Both the position numbers and the translations under genes were made by a program. Under the pieces are notes generated by a model. That model did not search any database and was not told the DNA's origin. It saw only the letters and a list, made by a program, of their open reading frames with translations. From a virus: 64,000 nucleotides of DNA. Each line of letters starts with the position of its first letter. Within the stretch, counting starts at the first letter, position 1. Location of the stretch: IMG/VR virus record IMGVR_UViG_3300033067_001533; one strand, written 5' to 3'. Below are positions 46,674-56,391 of the stretch, piece by piece.

Positions 46674-47576
46674 TTATTCAACATAATTTGTCTGAGGATC
46701 TTTAGCCCACCAGTTTGTAGAATATAAAACCCCAGATGAAGAACTTTGATTTCTATATGCATTAACGTCTGCAACACTATTTACTTTAATTTCAAATAGA
46801 TTTGGATTATCTGCAGTAATACACATTTGTGGAACTCCATTTCTATTAGCAGCAGTACCTTTAATATTTAAAGATCTTAGGTCACATCCACCTGCCCATA
46901 ACGAAATTAGTCTTGGATTTTTAGAAAGATCTAATGTTTGAATTGGATTTCCACATCTTAAAGCATCTCCTCGTACACTACCAATACAAAGATCCGTAAG
47001 ATTAGGTAACATACTAACATCTAATTCAGTAAGTCTATTTGTCCAAACATAAATTCTTTCTAATTTAGTGTTAAATCTTAGGTCTAACTTTGTAAAACCA
47101 ACTGTTTTACCAAATGGATATGTAGGGTCTTGTGCCTTTGACGAATTATGTTGAAAATTAATTTCAATTAACTCAGTGTTTTGCGATAAATCTATTTCAT
47201 TTACCGGACATTCACTAAGTCCAAGTGACTTTAACTTTTTTAGACTGCGAACATTAATTGTTGTAAAGTCATTGTCCCATAGTGAAAGAAACTCAAGACC
47301 TATAAAGTTTTCAATTCCACTTATATTTTTAATTCTTTTATGTTCAATCCTAAGAGTCGTGATACCTGTAATTCTGCTGGTTAAAACTCTACCATCTAAT
47401 ATATCGTCGTGATTAAGTTGTATCAATGCATTTTCAAAGGCTTGATCGGGAATAAGTGTCCATTCAGGCAATTGCTGAACTGGTGGAGTTTCTGGAACAG
47501 GTTGTACAATTTCATCTGTTGAACATGCTGTAAAAAATAAGGCTGTAATTACTGATAATAGTGATAATTTTTTCAT
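46674..47576 (-). CDS. leucine-rich-repeat lipoprotein (start moved to internal MKKLSLLSVITALFFTAC)
   Basis: Lipobox FTAC after signal peptide; LRR-like LTELDVSMLPNLTDLCIG / LDLSKNPRLISLWAGGCDLRSLNI; promoter motif overlaps the track's N-terminal extension. Confidence 0.55.
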   Translation of the reverse strand: MKKLSLLSVITALFFTACSTDEIVQPVPETPPVQQLPEWTLIPDQAFENALIQLNHDDILDGRVLTSRITGITTLRIEHKRIKNISGIENFIGLEFLSLWDNDFTTINVRSLKKLKSLGLSECPVNEIDLSQNTELIEINFQHNSSKAQDPTYPFGKTVGFTKLDLRFNTKLERIYVWTNRLTELDVSMLPNLTDLCIGSVRGDALRCGNPIQTLDLSKNPRLISLWAGGCDLRSLNIKGTAANRNGVPQMCITADNPNLFEIKVNSVADVNAYRNQSSSSGVLYSTNWWAKDPQTNYVE

Positions 47577-47594
47577 GATTTTTATTTGTTTAAT

Positions 47595-47680
47595 AATTAT
47601 AGTGTAAATATAACTATAATATTTGAACCGTGAAAACTTTTTAACAAATATTTTACACTTTTTTTCCAAAAAGTTTCATA
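47595..47680 (-). promoter_or_regulatory. conserved promoter element upstream of LRR lipoprotein gene (overlaps C-terminus of the peptidase gene)
   Basis: ttatagtgtaaatataactataatatttgaaccgtgaaaactttttaacaaatattttacactttttttccaaaaagtttcat. Confidence 0.5.
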
Positions 47681-48441
47681 AAAAATGTAGAGATACCCTT
47701 TTTATTAGCCCGAGGTACCGTTGAGGGTATTCTTTTAGTTGATGTCATATCATCAATTGATGTCCAAATTTCAAGATGCATGCCAAAATCATTATATGGA
47801 TAAATTGTGTGTCCATCTCCATTCCAATCTGAACCCCATGAATTTCTTAAAATAAATCCCTGTTTATTATACCCAACAACTACAAGCGCATGTCCACCTA
47901 ACATATGTGCTCCTCTTTCACCTTTCCAAAAACTTGCCTCTTCATGATAAACTGGCATTGCAATATATGCAGGTCCATTTTTAATTAGTGCACCTTTAAG
48001 TCCATCGATTGTATTTATTGCAGCATAGCCAAAAATCCTGTGATTTCTTGCATCATCGAGTATTTCTTTGGATAGAGTATTAACGTCCTTGATTGGTTTG
48101 CTATTATAAATCTTTTTGCGAGGAATTCCCCAGCTTTGTAAAAGTCTCATTGTTGTGCGAGGATTCATGCCAGGTTGTGGGGCATTTGGTCTTATATTAT
48201 AGATAAAATATTTTGAAAGCTCTTCGTCTAGTCCATAGTTCATTTTTTCTTGCCACATTTTAATAGCGGCTGCTGCAAAACTCGAACATGGGCCATCTTC
48301 TCCCTGGTCCCATACCTCTGGCATATCCTTTCTATAATCTAATTCAACTGGAAATTTAAGTTCAGGATTAAGTATGCTTTCAATAACAATATCCCTAGTA
48401 TCGAGTGGAGAATTTTCAATATTTAACAATTCAGCTTTCAT
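47653..48441 (-). CDS. papain-like cysteine peptidase (C1 family)
   Basis: DQGEDGPCSSFAAAA (catalytic Cys context), GGHALVVVGY...ILRNSWGSDWNGDGH (His/Asn context). Confidence 0.65.
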   Translation of the reverse strand: MKAELLNIENSPLDTRDIVIESILNPELKFPVELDYRKDMPEVWDQGEDGPCSSFAAAAIKMWQEKMNYGLDEELSKYFIYNIRPNAPQPGMNPRTTMRLLQSWGIPRKKIYNSKPIKDVNTLSKEILDDARNHRIFGYAAINTIDGLKGALIKNGPAYIAMPVYHEEASFWKGERGAHMLGGHALVVVGYNKQGFILRNSWGSDWNGDGHTIYPYNDFGMHLEIWTSIDDMTSTKRIPSTVPRANKKGISTFFMKLFGKKV

Positions 48442-48472
48442 AGTATTTCTATAATTTTAAGATTTATATATC

Positions 48473-48976
48473 TTAAAATAAGAAATCTTTCCATTCCTTT
48501 GGCACATAATCAATAGTCTTCATTAACATCAGATAATGAGGTCTACGTGGCATTGGAATTTCCTTACCATATTCCTCAAGGCTAAGATTTGCCTTTTCAC
48601 CATTACATTTTTTACATGCAGTTACAAGATTCTCCCATGTGTTAGGACCACCTTTACTTTGCGGAATTACGTGGTCAATTGTTAATACCTTTCGATTTGT
48701 TTCTTCACAGTACACACAAGTATATTGGTCTCTTTTAAAAACATTCTCCCTGGTTAATGGCACATTAACGTGTTTAGTGTTAACATACTTAGGTACTCTA
48801 ATAACCGATGGTTTATGCAATACAAGGTCTGGGTTGCAAACTTTAAAGGTTGCATCATAATTATATACTACATCAGCATTACCCTTGTATACAATTGTAA
48901 ATGCCCTAGCACTACTAATAATACTACGAGGAATATAGCTTGAATCCAATACTAATGACTTTGCAAATTTATCCAT
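48473..48976 (-). CDS. HNH endonuclease
   Basis: CVYCEE...LTIDHVIPQSKGGPNTWENLVTACKKCN. Confidence 0.7.
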   Translation of the reverse strand: MDKFAKSLVLDSSYIPRSIISSARAFTIVYKGNADVVYNYDATFKVCNPDLVLHKPSVIRVPKYVNTKHVNVPLTRENVFKRDQYTCVYCEETNRKVLTIDHVIPQSKGGPNTWENLVTACKKCNGEKANLSLEEYGKEIPMPRRPHYLMLMKTIDYVPKEWKDFLF

Positions 48977-49056
48977 AATCTAATTTGGTAATAATTTATA
49001 AATATTACTTCTATTATATGTGTATGGATGTAATTGTTTCAACCTAGGACACTATA

Positions 49057-52000
49057 TTATCCACAGTAAATATAACCATAGATTCCTGTTGCCTTTCCTT
49101 CACTATCAAATATACAATCTTCCATACATTTACCTAAAGTATATGAAGTTACTATTTGTCTTTCTTCATATTGAGGTACTCCATTATCAAAACCGATTAT
49201 AGCATATTCAACCGGTTGTTTCATAGCATATCCTGGTATATCCGATGAACATAACAGATCTCCTCTAAGAACTGGTCCATTTTGATTACATATTTTCATA
49301 CCCTGTAATCCAGAATTGACATCAACAGAATCCCCTAATGAAGCTACTCTCCAGATACCTTTTTGATCCCTGTCTTCTGTTGGTATTTGATTACCAAGTG
49401 AATCTCTATAATGATGAGGTTTTTCCGAATCATCATGTGTTATAGAAAAAATAGCCTCTTCCCATAAAATACCTATGATCGCAGGATCTTTGGCAGTTGA
49501 TGCTTTAACTAATTCATTGTTTTCATCTAATTTAACAAGATCTCCTACTTCTAATTGAGTATCGTTTCTTTTTATGTAAACGTGTGATAATGTTGTCTGT
49601 ATGGATTGTTCCATTCTGGTATTATATTCATCACGGAATGTTCCAAAGTTAGATGATACTGTCCTAAGATCTTCTGAAAAATTTGTAAATCTCGATTCTC
49701 CGATATATATGTCGCCTCTCATTTTAAGAACTGGCCTATACACATCAAATTCATCAAGTGCAGGTTCTACAACAAATAAATCAGTCATTGGACTTCCCTT
49801 TATTGTTGCGCCATCTGAATCAATATCTCCTCTAAATTTTGCATTACCAGCAGCATCAATATAAAAATTCTTGGAATTTATTGCACCTTTGTCCAGATTT
49901 ATACCCATACCTGAATTTGAATATGTGTCCCAATTCGGATTTGCAGCAACAAAATTACCATTCTTTATTATTCCAGTAGTTATTTGACCACCGTTTATAC
50001 TAGTGGATGTTGTTAAATATGTAGAAGTATCTGGCGCTGGACCTTGTGGACCTTGAGCTCCATCCGCACCTTTAATTAAAGCCCATGTATAAAGTGCCGG
50101 ATTAGATGAATCAGCTTCAGTAAAATCAGTATATGTTCCTAAATATAATTTATTAGTAGAATCTGATGTACTAAATCCACTAGTACCTGATGCATTATTA
50201 GCATAAGCAATATGTAAATATGAAGTTTGACCATTAACACCATTGGTACCTGGAATTCCATTTGAACCATTAAGACCATCTGCTCCTTTAACTAATTGCC
50301 ATTTCCATAAAGAACTTCCAGCAGGAGCATCTGCTTGGGTATTATCAACATAGGTACCAATATAAAGTTTTCCGGTGGCATTTTGACTAAAACCTCCGCC
50401 TGATGATGTATCAGCGTATGCTACGTGAAAATATGTAGAAACTCCATCAGCCCCAGGTGCTCCTGGAAGACCATTAGTTCCATTTAATCCATCAGATCCT
50501 TTTATCAAAGTCCATTTATAAAGAGCCGGATTTGTTGAATCAGCTAATGTAAAATCAGTATATGTTCCTAAATAGGTCTTACTGTTAGAATCAGTCGTAC
50601 TAAACCCACTTGTACCTGTTGAATTATTAGCGTATGCAATATGTAAATATGTAGTTTTTCCATCAGTACCATTAGTTCCAGGAATACCATTCTCTCCATC
50701 TACTCCATCAGCTCCTTTAACTAATTGCCATTTCCATAAAGAACTTCCTGCTAGTGCATCTGATAAGGTACTATCAACATATGTACCAATATATAATTTT
50801 CCTTCTGGAGATTGACTAAAACCTCCACCTATTGCTGTATCGGCATACGCTACGTGAAAATATGTAGAAACTCCATCAGCGCCAGGTGCGCCTGGAAGAC
50901 CATCGGATCCATCTAATCCATTAGTACCAGGTGTACCTTGAGGACCGGTTGCTCCTTGTGGACCTTCAGAAAAACTAACAGCACCATTGAATGCAACTTG
51001 ACCATCTATTATAGAAAAAGGTGTTAGTATTTGACCCTGTGGTCCCCCTGTAGATACTTTAAAAGAGTCTGCTGTAAATGCAATTGAACTACCAGTTTCA
51101 TCAGCCCCTAATTTTATACCCGCGACATTACCATTTGCATCTACCTCTATTGTATATTGCGCATTGACTTTATTAGTAAGTGCATCAATATTGGCAGTCA
51201 TGGTTTCTGTTACTGTTGCAGTTTGGTCCCCTAGTTCAGCTATTAGTTCAGTTGTTGAAATTACAGTTGCCTCATTTGCTGTTGCAATGGCAGAATCGAT
51301 TGCAGTCTTAAGAGCTGATGCTTGACTAAACCCTGTGATCGATCCATCTTCTATAGTATATTGTGCTTCTAACGTTGTTACGGATTCTGCAAGCGCCGAG
51401 TTTGCGTCATTTAATGTTGTTAGCGTTTGATTTATGCTTGATATTGCTTCGGTTCTTAATGATTTTTCAGCATCAACGGCATTCGCAATTTCGGTTATAA
51501 ATGAAGAATTTAAATTTGTGATAGATTCTGCAATTGCCTCACTGTCATTTGAAAGCGATGTCAATGTTTGGTTTATATTTGATATTGCCTCAGTTCGCGC
51601 TGCTGCCTCTTCGCCTAATGCGTCTGTAATTTCGCTCGTAAAAGAAGTACCTAAATCCGTAACTGATTGTGCAATTGCCTGATTAGCATTGGATAATGAA
51701 GTTAATGTTTGATTAATATCGGACACTGCCTCAATTCTTGCCAATCTTTCATCACCAATTGCTGTTGCTATTTCAGCTTCAAAGGTTGTATTTAAATTTG
51801 TTAAAGTTTGGGCCATTGCAGATGTTGAATCCGCGAGTGAAGATATTTGATTGGTAACGTTTGATATTGCCTGGGTTCTTGCGTTTGTTTCGATACCCAA
51901 CAAACGTGCTCTTTCAGCAACCTCCTCTAATAATCGATTATCAGTAACAAGACGTCTACCGTTAATCATCATGTTATTACCTGACATGCTTATTGAATTA

Positions 52001-52263
52001 TTGCCAAGATAAATTGTGTTGTTACTTAAGTATAAATCTCTAAATCTATTAGTTTCAGAACCCAAGTCATATACTTCATTTTGATTTGGAATTATATTTG
52101 TTGTAACTTCTCCATTAAAAGATCCTCCGAATCCTCCTTCAAATCCATCAAATAATTGAGAAAATTCGTTAAGTTGCTGATTAATAGAAGCAAAATTTTC
52201 ATTTAAAGTTATTCTTGATAATGATACAGTATCCGTACCTAAGATCGTTTTGATATTGGCCAT
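49057..52263 (-). CDS. large tail-fibre-like structural protein with collagen-like G-x-y tracts and internal ~110-aa repeats
   Basis: GPQGATGPQGTPGTNGLDGSDGLPGAPGADG; thrice-repeated GVSTYFHVAYADT...GKLYIGTYVD... modules; N-terminal ~37-aa coiled-coil repeats (RTEAISNINQTLTSLSN...). Confidence 0.65.
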   Translation of the reverse strand: MANIKTILGTDTVSLSRITLNENFASINQQLNEFSQLFDGFEGGFGGSFNGEVTTNIIPNQNEVYDLGSETNRFRDLYLSNNTIYLGNNSISMSGNNMMINGRRLVTDNRLLEEVAERARLLGIETNARTQAISNVTNQISSLADSTSAMAQTLTNLNTTFEAEIATAIGDERLARIEAVSDINQTLTSLSNANQAIAQSVTDLGTSFTSEITDALGEEAAARTEAISNINQTLTSLSNDSEAIAESITNLNSSFITEIANAVDAEKSLRTEAISSINQTLTTLNDANSALAESVTTLEAQYTIEDGSITGFSQASALKTAIDSAIATANEATVISTTELIAELGDQTATVTETMTANIDALTNKVNAQYTIEVDANGNVAGIKLGADETGSSIAFTADSFKVSTGGPQGQILTPFSIIDGQVAFNGAVSFSEGPQGATGPQGTPGTNGLDGSDGLPGAPGADGVSTYFHVAYADTAIGGGFSQSPEGKLYIGTYVDSTLSDALAGSSLWKWQLVKGADGVDGENGIPGTNGTDGKTTYLHIAYANNSTGTSGFSTTDSNSKTYLGTYTDFTLADSTNPALYKWTLIKGSDGLNGTNGLPGAPGADGVSTYFHVAYADTSSGGGFSQNATGKLYIGTYVDNTQADAPAGSSLWKWQLVKGADGLNGSNGIPGTNGVNGQTSYLHIAYANNASGTSGFSTSDSTNKLYLGTYTDFTEADSSNPALYTWALIKGADGAQGPQGPAPDTSTYLTTSTSINGGQITTGIIKNGNFVAANPNWDTYSNSGMGINLDKGAINSKNFYIDAAGNAKFRGDIDSDGATIKGSPMTDLFVVEPALDEFDVYRPVLKMRGDIYIGESRFTNFSEDLRTVSSNFGTFRDEYNTRMEQSIQTTLSHVYIKRNDTQLEVGDLVKLDENNELVKASTAKDPAIIGILWEEAIFSITHDDSEKPHHYRDSLGNQIPTEDRDQKGIWRVASLGDSVDVNSGLQGMKICNQNGPVLRGDLLCSSDIPGYAMKQPVEYAIIGFDNGVPQYEERQIVTSYTLGKCMEDCIFDSEGKATGIYGYIYCG

Positions 52264-52389
52264 TCGTTGTTGTTTCTTTATTTAATGTTATTTATGTTAT
52301 ATATTTAATTTTTAAATATTAACAGATTTAAATAAGGGGAAATGTTTTTAAATCTTTAAATAAAGAATAAGTATTGATAATAAAAATTA

Positions 52390-52461
52390 GGGTGTTACCG
52401 GGGATCGAACCCTGTTCTCCTGATTCACAGTCAAGCGCTTTACCAATAAGCTAGAAACACC
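52390..52461 (-). tRNA. tRNA-His (GTG)
   Basis: Anticodon stem CTTGA/TCAGG loop CTGTGAA; T arm CAGGG-TTCGATC-CCCGG; discriminator C73; one acceptor mismatch, G-1 status ambiguous. Confidence 0.55.
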
Positions 52462-52820
52462 ATATTGAGAGGTTTAGGTATGGCTCACCTCTCCATGACT
52501 GACATCCTACCTTTACAGTCTAATTTGTACCGACTAGTGGTAACGATCCACTCTGAAAATACTTATGAGATATTTTCGATCACCTGATCAAGTCGGCAAT
52601 TAAGTACCTTGCGTTAGATTTGTCTGTTAAGAGTCGAACTTAACATACCAAAAGACAACGTTACAAATATAAAATGGCCATTCTACAATGTATGTTGGTG
52701 CACCAATTCTCTAACGCTTTATCAGTACTTAGTGGAAAGCAGAAGTCTCGATCTCCATGCCCTAAGGCACGATTCGCTTAGCAAGCGGTCCTGAATCCTA
52801 TTCAGTTTACTTTCCAATTG

Positions 52821-52894
52821 TAGTCAATGGAGGACTCGAACCTCCGACCCTCGCAGTATCAGTGCGATGCTCTAACCAACTGAGCTAATTGACT
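52821..52894 (-). tRNA. tRNA-Ile (GAT)
   Basis: Perfect cloverleaf: AGTCAAT-TA-GCTCAGTTGGTTAGAGC-A-TCGCA-CTGATAC-TGCGA-GGGTC-GGAGGTTCGAGTCCTCC-ATTGACT-A. Confidence 0.8.
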
Positions 52895-53070
52895 ATGTAA
52901 GAGAGACTTTGGGTCTTTCAGGGTTACTGGTTAAATGCAATAAGTGAGCCCTTCCTACTATTAACCCTTTTTCGGAAATTAATACACTCTACCTTTTAAC
53001 TACAGCTTAACTATCTCTCTCATGCGTTCTATCAAAAATGGAAGTTGTTGCGCCTATACCATATATTTGA

Positions 53071-53115
53071 AAGATGGTAGGATTCGAACCTACGTGACCA
53101 CCATTGTCTCATCTT
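53071..53115 (-). tRNA. 45-nt mini tRNA-like element (acceptor-like stem + 3-bp/7-nt hairpin + canonical T arm)
   Basis: AAGATG-A-GACAATGGTGGTC-AC-GTAGGTTCGAATCCTAC-CATCTT. Confidence 0.3.
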
Positions 53116-53121
53116 CCACAG

Positions 53122-53197
53122 TACCTCCAGTGGGAGTCGAACCCACAAAATCTTCTGATCCTAAGTCAGACGGCTTTTCCAGTTTGCCCATGGAGGC
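53122..53197 (-). tRNA. tRNA with anticodon TAG (Leu-CUA reading) but short variable loop
   Basis: Acceptor GCCTCCA/TGGAGGT, anticodon stem TCTGA/TCAGA loop CTTAGGA, T arm GTGGG-TTCGACT-CCCAC; 7-nt variable region atypical for Leu. Confidence 0.4.
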
Positions 53198-53290
53198 ATA
53201 AAGCCAATCCCGTAGATTGGCCGCTCAACTTAAGGTATTGAGTTTGCAAGAATAAATCTTTGACCAGGTCATGCGTCCTATGGGCGCCGA

Positions 53291-53366
53291 CTAGTACCTC
53301 GTAGTAGAATCGAACTACTGCCATTTCCATGTAAAAGAAATACGCTTCCATTACGCCAACGAGGCT
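53291..53366 (-). tRNA. atypical tRNA-like element (canonical acceptor and T arm, no foldable D stem; anticodon loop could read TAC or TTA depending on register)
   Basis: GCCTCGT...AGTAG-TTCGATT-CTACT-ACGAGGT; internal ATTTCTTTTACATGGAAAT ambiguous. Confidence 0.3.
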
Positions 53367-53936
53367 GGTCGACTCCGATTTTTATGTGCACCATACAGAA
53401 CGTTGTCGAAGTAAACTGTGTTTGTACCCCTTGTAGGTAATGCTCCTACTTCCCGATATTAAAAGTATCGTGCTTCACTTTAAAGCCTAAGGGGCTTGCC
53501 TTTTTTAGAGTTTTTGATAGAACAATAGAACCCAAGGACAGAACTACCTATAAAACTATTTGTAATTAAGAGTGTAAAAGGAACGTTTTGCCTAAGACCG
53601 CGGATCCATACAAAACTTAACTTTACCAAAATGTTGATTTGCAACTCATCATTTTGTCAGGTTACTACATATACAGAACCTTTTACTGCTTCTAATAATT
53701 CGCAAGGACAATACAGGATTCGAACCTGTAACTCCGGATCCGTTCCGGTGTTATGTGTCCAACTACACCAATCGCCCAAACTACTTATTTTCCGCTTTTC
53801 TCTTTGTGACTGTAAGGGGACTCGAACCTTAATGATTACTCCAGCGCTACTTTCATCATTTTTAAATTAACCTAGCCTAAAAGGCACCCAGCTTACCGGT
53901 GGGCTGTGCTTCCCTGCACAAGTACAATCGTTTTAG

Positions 53937-54010
53937 TAGCGGGTGGCAGAATCGAACTACCCTTCATTCGGCTTATGAGACCGATAAGTTCACCAGAACT
54001 TTAACCCGCA
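53937..54010 (-). tRNA. tRNA-Met/Ile2 (CAT) copy 1
   Basis: Anticodon stem TCGGT/GCCGA loop CTCATAA; T arm GGTAG-TTCGATT-CTGCC. Confidence 0.55.
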
Positions 54011-54020
54011 ATATATTTTG

Positions 54021-54092
54021 TAGTCAATATAGGACTCGAACCCATACCACTAGAGTCGAAATCTAGCATTCTATCCATTAAACTAATCGACT
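54021..54092 (-). tRNA. tRNA-Arg (TCG)
   Basis: Acceptor AGTCGAT/ATTGACT, anticodon stem CTAGA/TCTAG loop TTTCGAC, T arm ATGGG-TTCGAGT-CCTAT. Confidence 0.65.
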
Positions 54093-54155
54093 AATGCATC
54101 CCGTTACTCGTGCACGAGCCATGGCATTACGGGATCGATGTTTTTCCATATTCTG

Positions 54156-54229
54156 TGGACCAGGCTGGCCTCGAACCAGCGACCTACTGATTATGAGTCA
54201 GGCGCTCTAACCAACTGAGCTACAGGTCC
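54156..54229 (-). tRNA. tRNA-Met/Ile2 (CAT) copy 2
   Basis: Canonical D arm GCTCAGTTGGTTAGAGC, anticodon loop CTCATAA, T arm GCTGG-TTCGAGG-CCAGC. Confidence 0.7.
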
Positions 54230-54430
54230 AATTAAATAATAAACCGTTCCAGACCGAACTATTAGGAACTATTAGGGCTTCTCGGACGAGGTGCACAACC
54301 CACAAAACGGCTATGATATGTTATCTGTTACTTGGCTTCTACCTCTGATTAGAATTATTATACGGGCCTCGAACCCACCTAATTAATGTATGCCTACATT
54401 AACTTTCACAGTATATCAGTTTATTATTTG

Positions 54431-54501
54431 CACAAGTAGAAGGGGTCGAACCTCCATCGTCGGTTTTGGAGACCGGTATGCTACCATTGCACCATACTTG
54501 T
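54431..54501 (-). tRNA. tRNA-Trp (CCA)
   Basis: Acceptor ACAAGTA/TACTTGT, anticodon loop CTCCAAA, T arm GGAGG-TTCGACC-CCTTC. Confidence 0.55.
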
Positions 54502-54506
54502 AATTG

Positions 54507-54587
54507 TGGGACCTGGTGGACTCGAACCACTCCCAAAAGGACGAGATTTACAGTCTCGCTGCCGTATCCGAACGACTTTCAGTTCCC
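54507..54587 (-). tRNA. tRNA-Tyr (GTA), type II
   Basis: Anticodon stem CGAGA/TCTCG loop CTGTAAA, long variable arm, T arm (A)GTGG-TTCGAGT-CCAC(C). Confidence 0.55.
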
Positions 54588-54719
54588 GATTAATTTATTC
54601 TATTCCACATGACCGGACTTTATCAGGATGTGCTTTTTACCTTACAGGATTTGAACCTGTGTCCTTTCGGCTCCCGCCGAATGTTCTTACCAACTACAAC
54701 TAAAGGTTGAATAAATTTG

Positions 54720-54791
54720 CTGGCCCGGAAGGAATCGAACCTTCATAAGATGATTAACAGTCATCCGTAATAACCCTTATACGACAGGCCA
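54720..54791 (-). tRNA. tRNA-Asn (GTT)
   Basis: Acceptor TGGCCTG/CGGGCCA, D stem CGTA/TACG, anticodon stem GATGA/TCATC loop CTGTTAA, T arm GAAGG-TTCGATT-CCTTC. Confidence 0.7.
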
Positions 54792-54949
54792 ATTTACCTC
54801 ATGTGAGGTCACTTATCATTCTATAATACTACTCATAGAAACTAGATTGAGTATCTGCTGATTAAAATGGATTCGAACCATAATCCTGAGTCCCATTTCC
54901 GCGTTAATACCACGTACTCCGTTCCTCTGTGCGCCTTTACACCATAATC

Positions 54950-55008
54950 AATCGTCAGTTTCGAACCTGACAGTTCTAAGTTAATTACTCTTAGAATTTG
55001 TTGCGATT
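54950..55008 (-). tRNA. ~59-nt armless tRNA-like element (T arm GTCAG-TTCGAAA-CTGAC plus one hairpin CTAAG-AGTAATTAA-CTTAG)
   Basis: Hand fold; no D arm and no standard acceptor partner. Confidence 0.25.
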
Positions 55009-55085
55009 AGAGGAATTGAACCTCTAGAGGGTATATCTACCGATACGGCTCATGAGACCGTCTCTGACCACTATCGCAATATAGT
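55005..55085 (-). tRNA. atypical tRNA-like element with CAT anticodon loop (ACGGT-CTCATGA-GCCGT), truncated D region and long variable region; T arm AGAGG-TTCAATT-CCTCT
   Basis: Hand fold. Confidence 0.3.
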
Positions 55086-55816
55086 GTCTTTACATGGGAT
55101 TCGAACCCATACTCTTCCGGGCTTATATGCCGGCGTTCCAAACCACGTTAAACTACGTAAAGCAATCAATTAAAATTACAGAAATTAGTGACGTCAAATC
55201 TCTTTAAGCTATGTGTAATTTTAATCGTTAGGAAGATATTGCTGATCAGGCATCTTCTTTGTAATTATGATTGGATTCGAACCAATTCCAGCTTTACAAT
55301 AAAGAGTATATTTCAACTCAACCTTTGTGAGGTGCCGCCAACAAATGGCCTCATAATCATTTGGAGCAGAGATAGGATTCGAACCTATAACCTAATCCGG
55401 TCGTGTACCGGTTGCACGTCCACTTGTGCTTCAAAGCTCATGTATTTGCGAAGTGAAGGGATTCGAACCCTTTGTCTGTGGCTCCACGACTTTAACCAGA
55501 CCACTTCAAGAGCTGCAGCTCTGTTATACTTAGTGCATTAACCTCATATGCTATTCCCTGTGGCTAGGAAATGTGAGTCTCGATCCGACATTCTCTAAGT
55601 ACCTAATTACATTCGATCCTTTAAAGAGGGACGTATTGCTAGGCAAAACTCTATTGTTGTCAGGACAGGATTCGAACCTGTAAGGATATAACACTTCTTG
55701 CTGTGTTTTCTCCGGCAGTTTCCGTCCGTGAGCAAGAGATTGAGAAGTTCACTCTCAACCAATCATATTGGACTAGACCCCCGTGTATACCAATTGCACC
55801 ACCTGACTAATTTGAT

Positions 55817-55902
55817 GTTGTGGCAGGACTCGAACCTGCATCTCTCTACGCTGGATAAATCCATCTTGAACGTTTGCGACATACCTTTTAATCCACACAA
55901 CA
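55817..55902 (-). tRNA. type-II-like tRNA candidate (isotype undetermined); T arm GCAGG-TTCGAGT-CCTGC, acceptor TGTTGTG/CACAACA
   Basis: Acceptor and T arm clear; anticodon arm not resolved by hand. Confidence 0.3.
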
Positions 55903-55907
55903 AATTG

Positions 55908-55979
55908 TAGCGCCACGGGGAATCGAACCCCGCTTTCTAGGATGAAAACCTAACGTCCTAACCGATAGACGATGGCGCC
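55908..55979 (-). tRNA. tRNA-Glu (TTC)
   Basis: Acceptor GGCGCCA/TGGCGCT, anticodon stem TTAGG/CCTAG loop TTTTCAT, T arm CGGGG-TTCGATT-CCCCG. Confidence 0.65.
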
Positions 55980-56011
55980 ATTTTATTACCAATATGTCAA
56001 ATAACGTTTGT

Positions 56012-56088
56012 TTTAATTATAGTGTAAATATAATTATAATATTTGAACCGTGAAAATTTAAAGTGTTAAAACTTTGTTAAAATTTTTG
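56012..56088 (-). promoter_or_regulatory. conserved promoter element inside tRNA cluster (part of a ~110-nt duplicated unit)
   Basis: ttatagtgtaaatataattataatatttgaaccgtgaaaatttaaagtgttaaaactttgttaaaattt. Confidence 0.5.
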
Positions 56089-56160
56089 AGCGACTAGACA
56101 GGATCGAACTGTCATTTTCAGATTGGAAGTCTGAAGTAATGGCCATTATACGATAGTCGC
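56089..56160 (-). tRNA. tRNA-Gly (TCC)
   Basis: Perfect acceptor GCGACTA/TAGTCGC, anticodon stem TCAGA/TCTGA loop CTTCCAA, T arm GACAG-TTCGATC-CTGTC. Confidence 0.75.
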
Positions 56161-56391
56161 ATTTGGGTAGGACAGAGGCCTTCTGCCTACCGAGACCTCG
56201 TCGTTGAATTGCTTCAGAGCGTACCGAGACACTTTTTAAAAAATAACAGGATGGATTAATACGTGCTCTACCAACTGAGCTACTCCGAACGTGCCACTTA
56301 AGGCGGTGTTCAAAGGCCGGATTCGAACCGACGACCACGAGGTTAACAGCCTAAGTTTTATTATTTGCGGTAACCATCCTTTATATTTTTG

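Noticed and set aside
46674-47669. Full-length track ORF for the LRR protein starting MEKKCKIF...
   Set aside because: The N-terminal 31 codons overlap the promoter element. The internal MKKLSLLSV...FTAC is a typical lipoprotein signal, so the start moves to 47576.
53478-53510. Plus-strand hairpin AAGCC-TAAGG-GGCTT followed by GCCTTTTTT (terminator-like on the plus strand)
   Set aside because: All genes here are on the minus strand. It may only stop antisense read-through. It has no clear functional assignment, so I do not list it as a feature.
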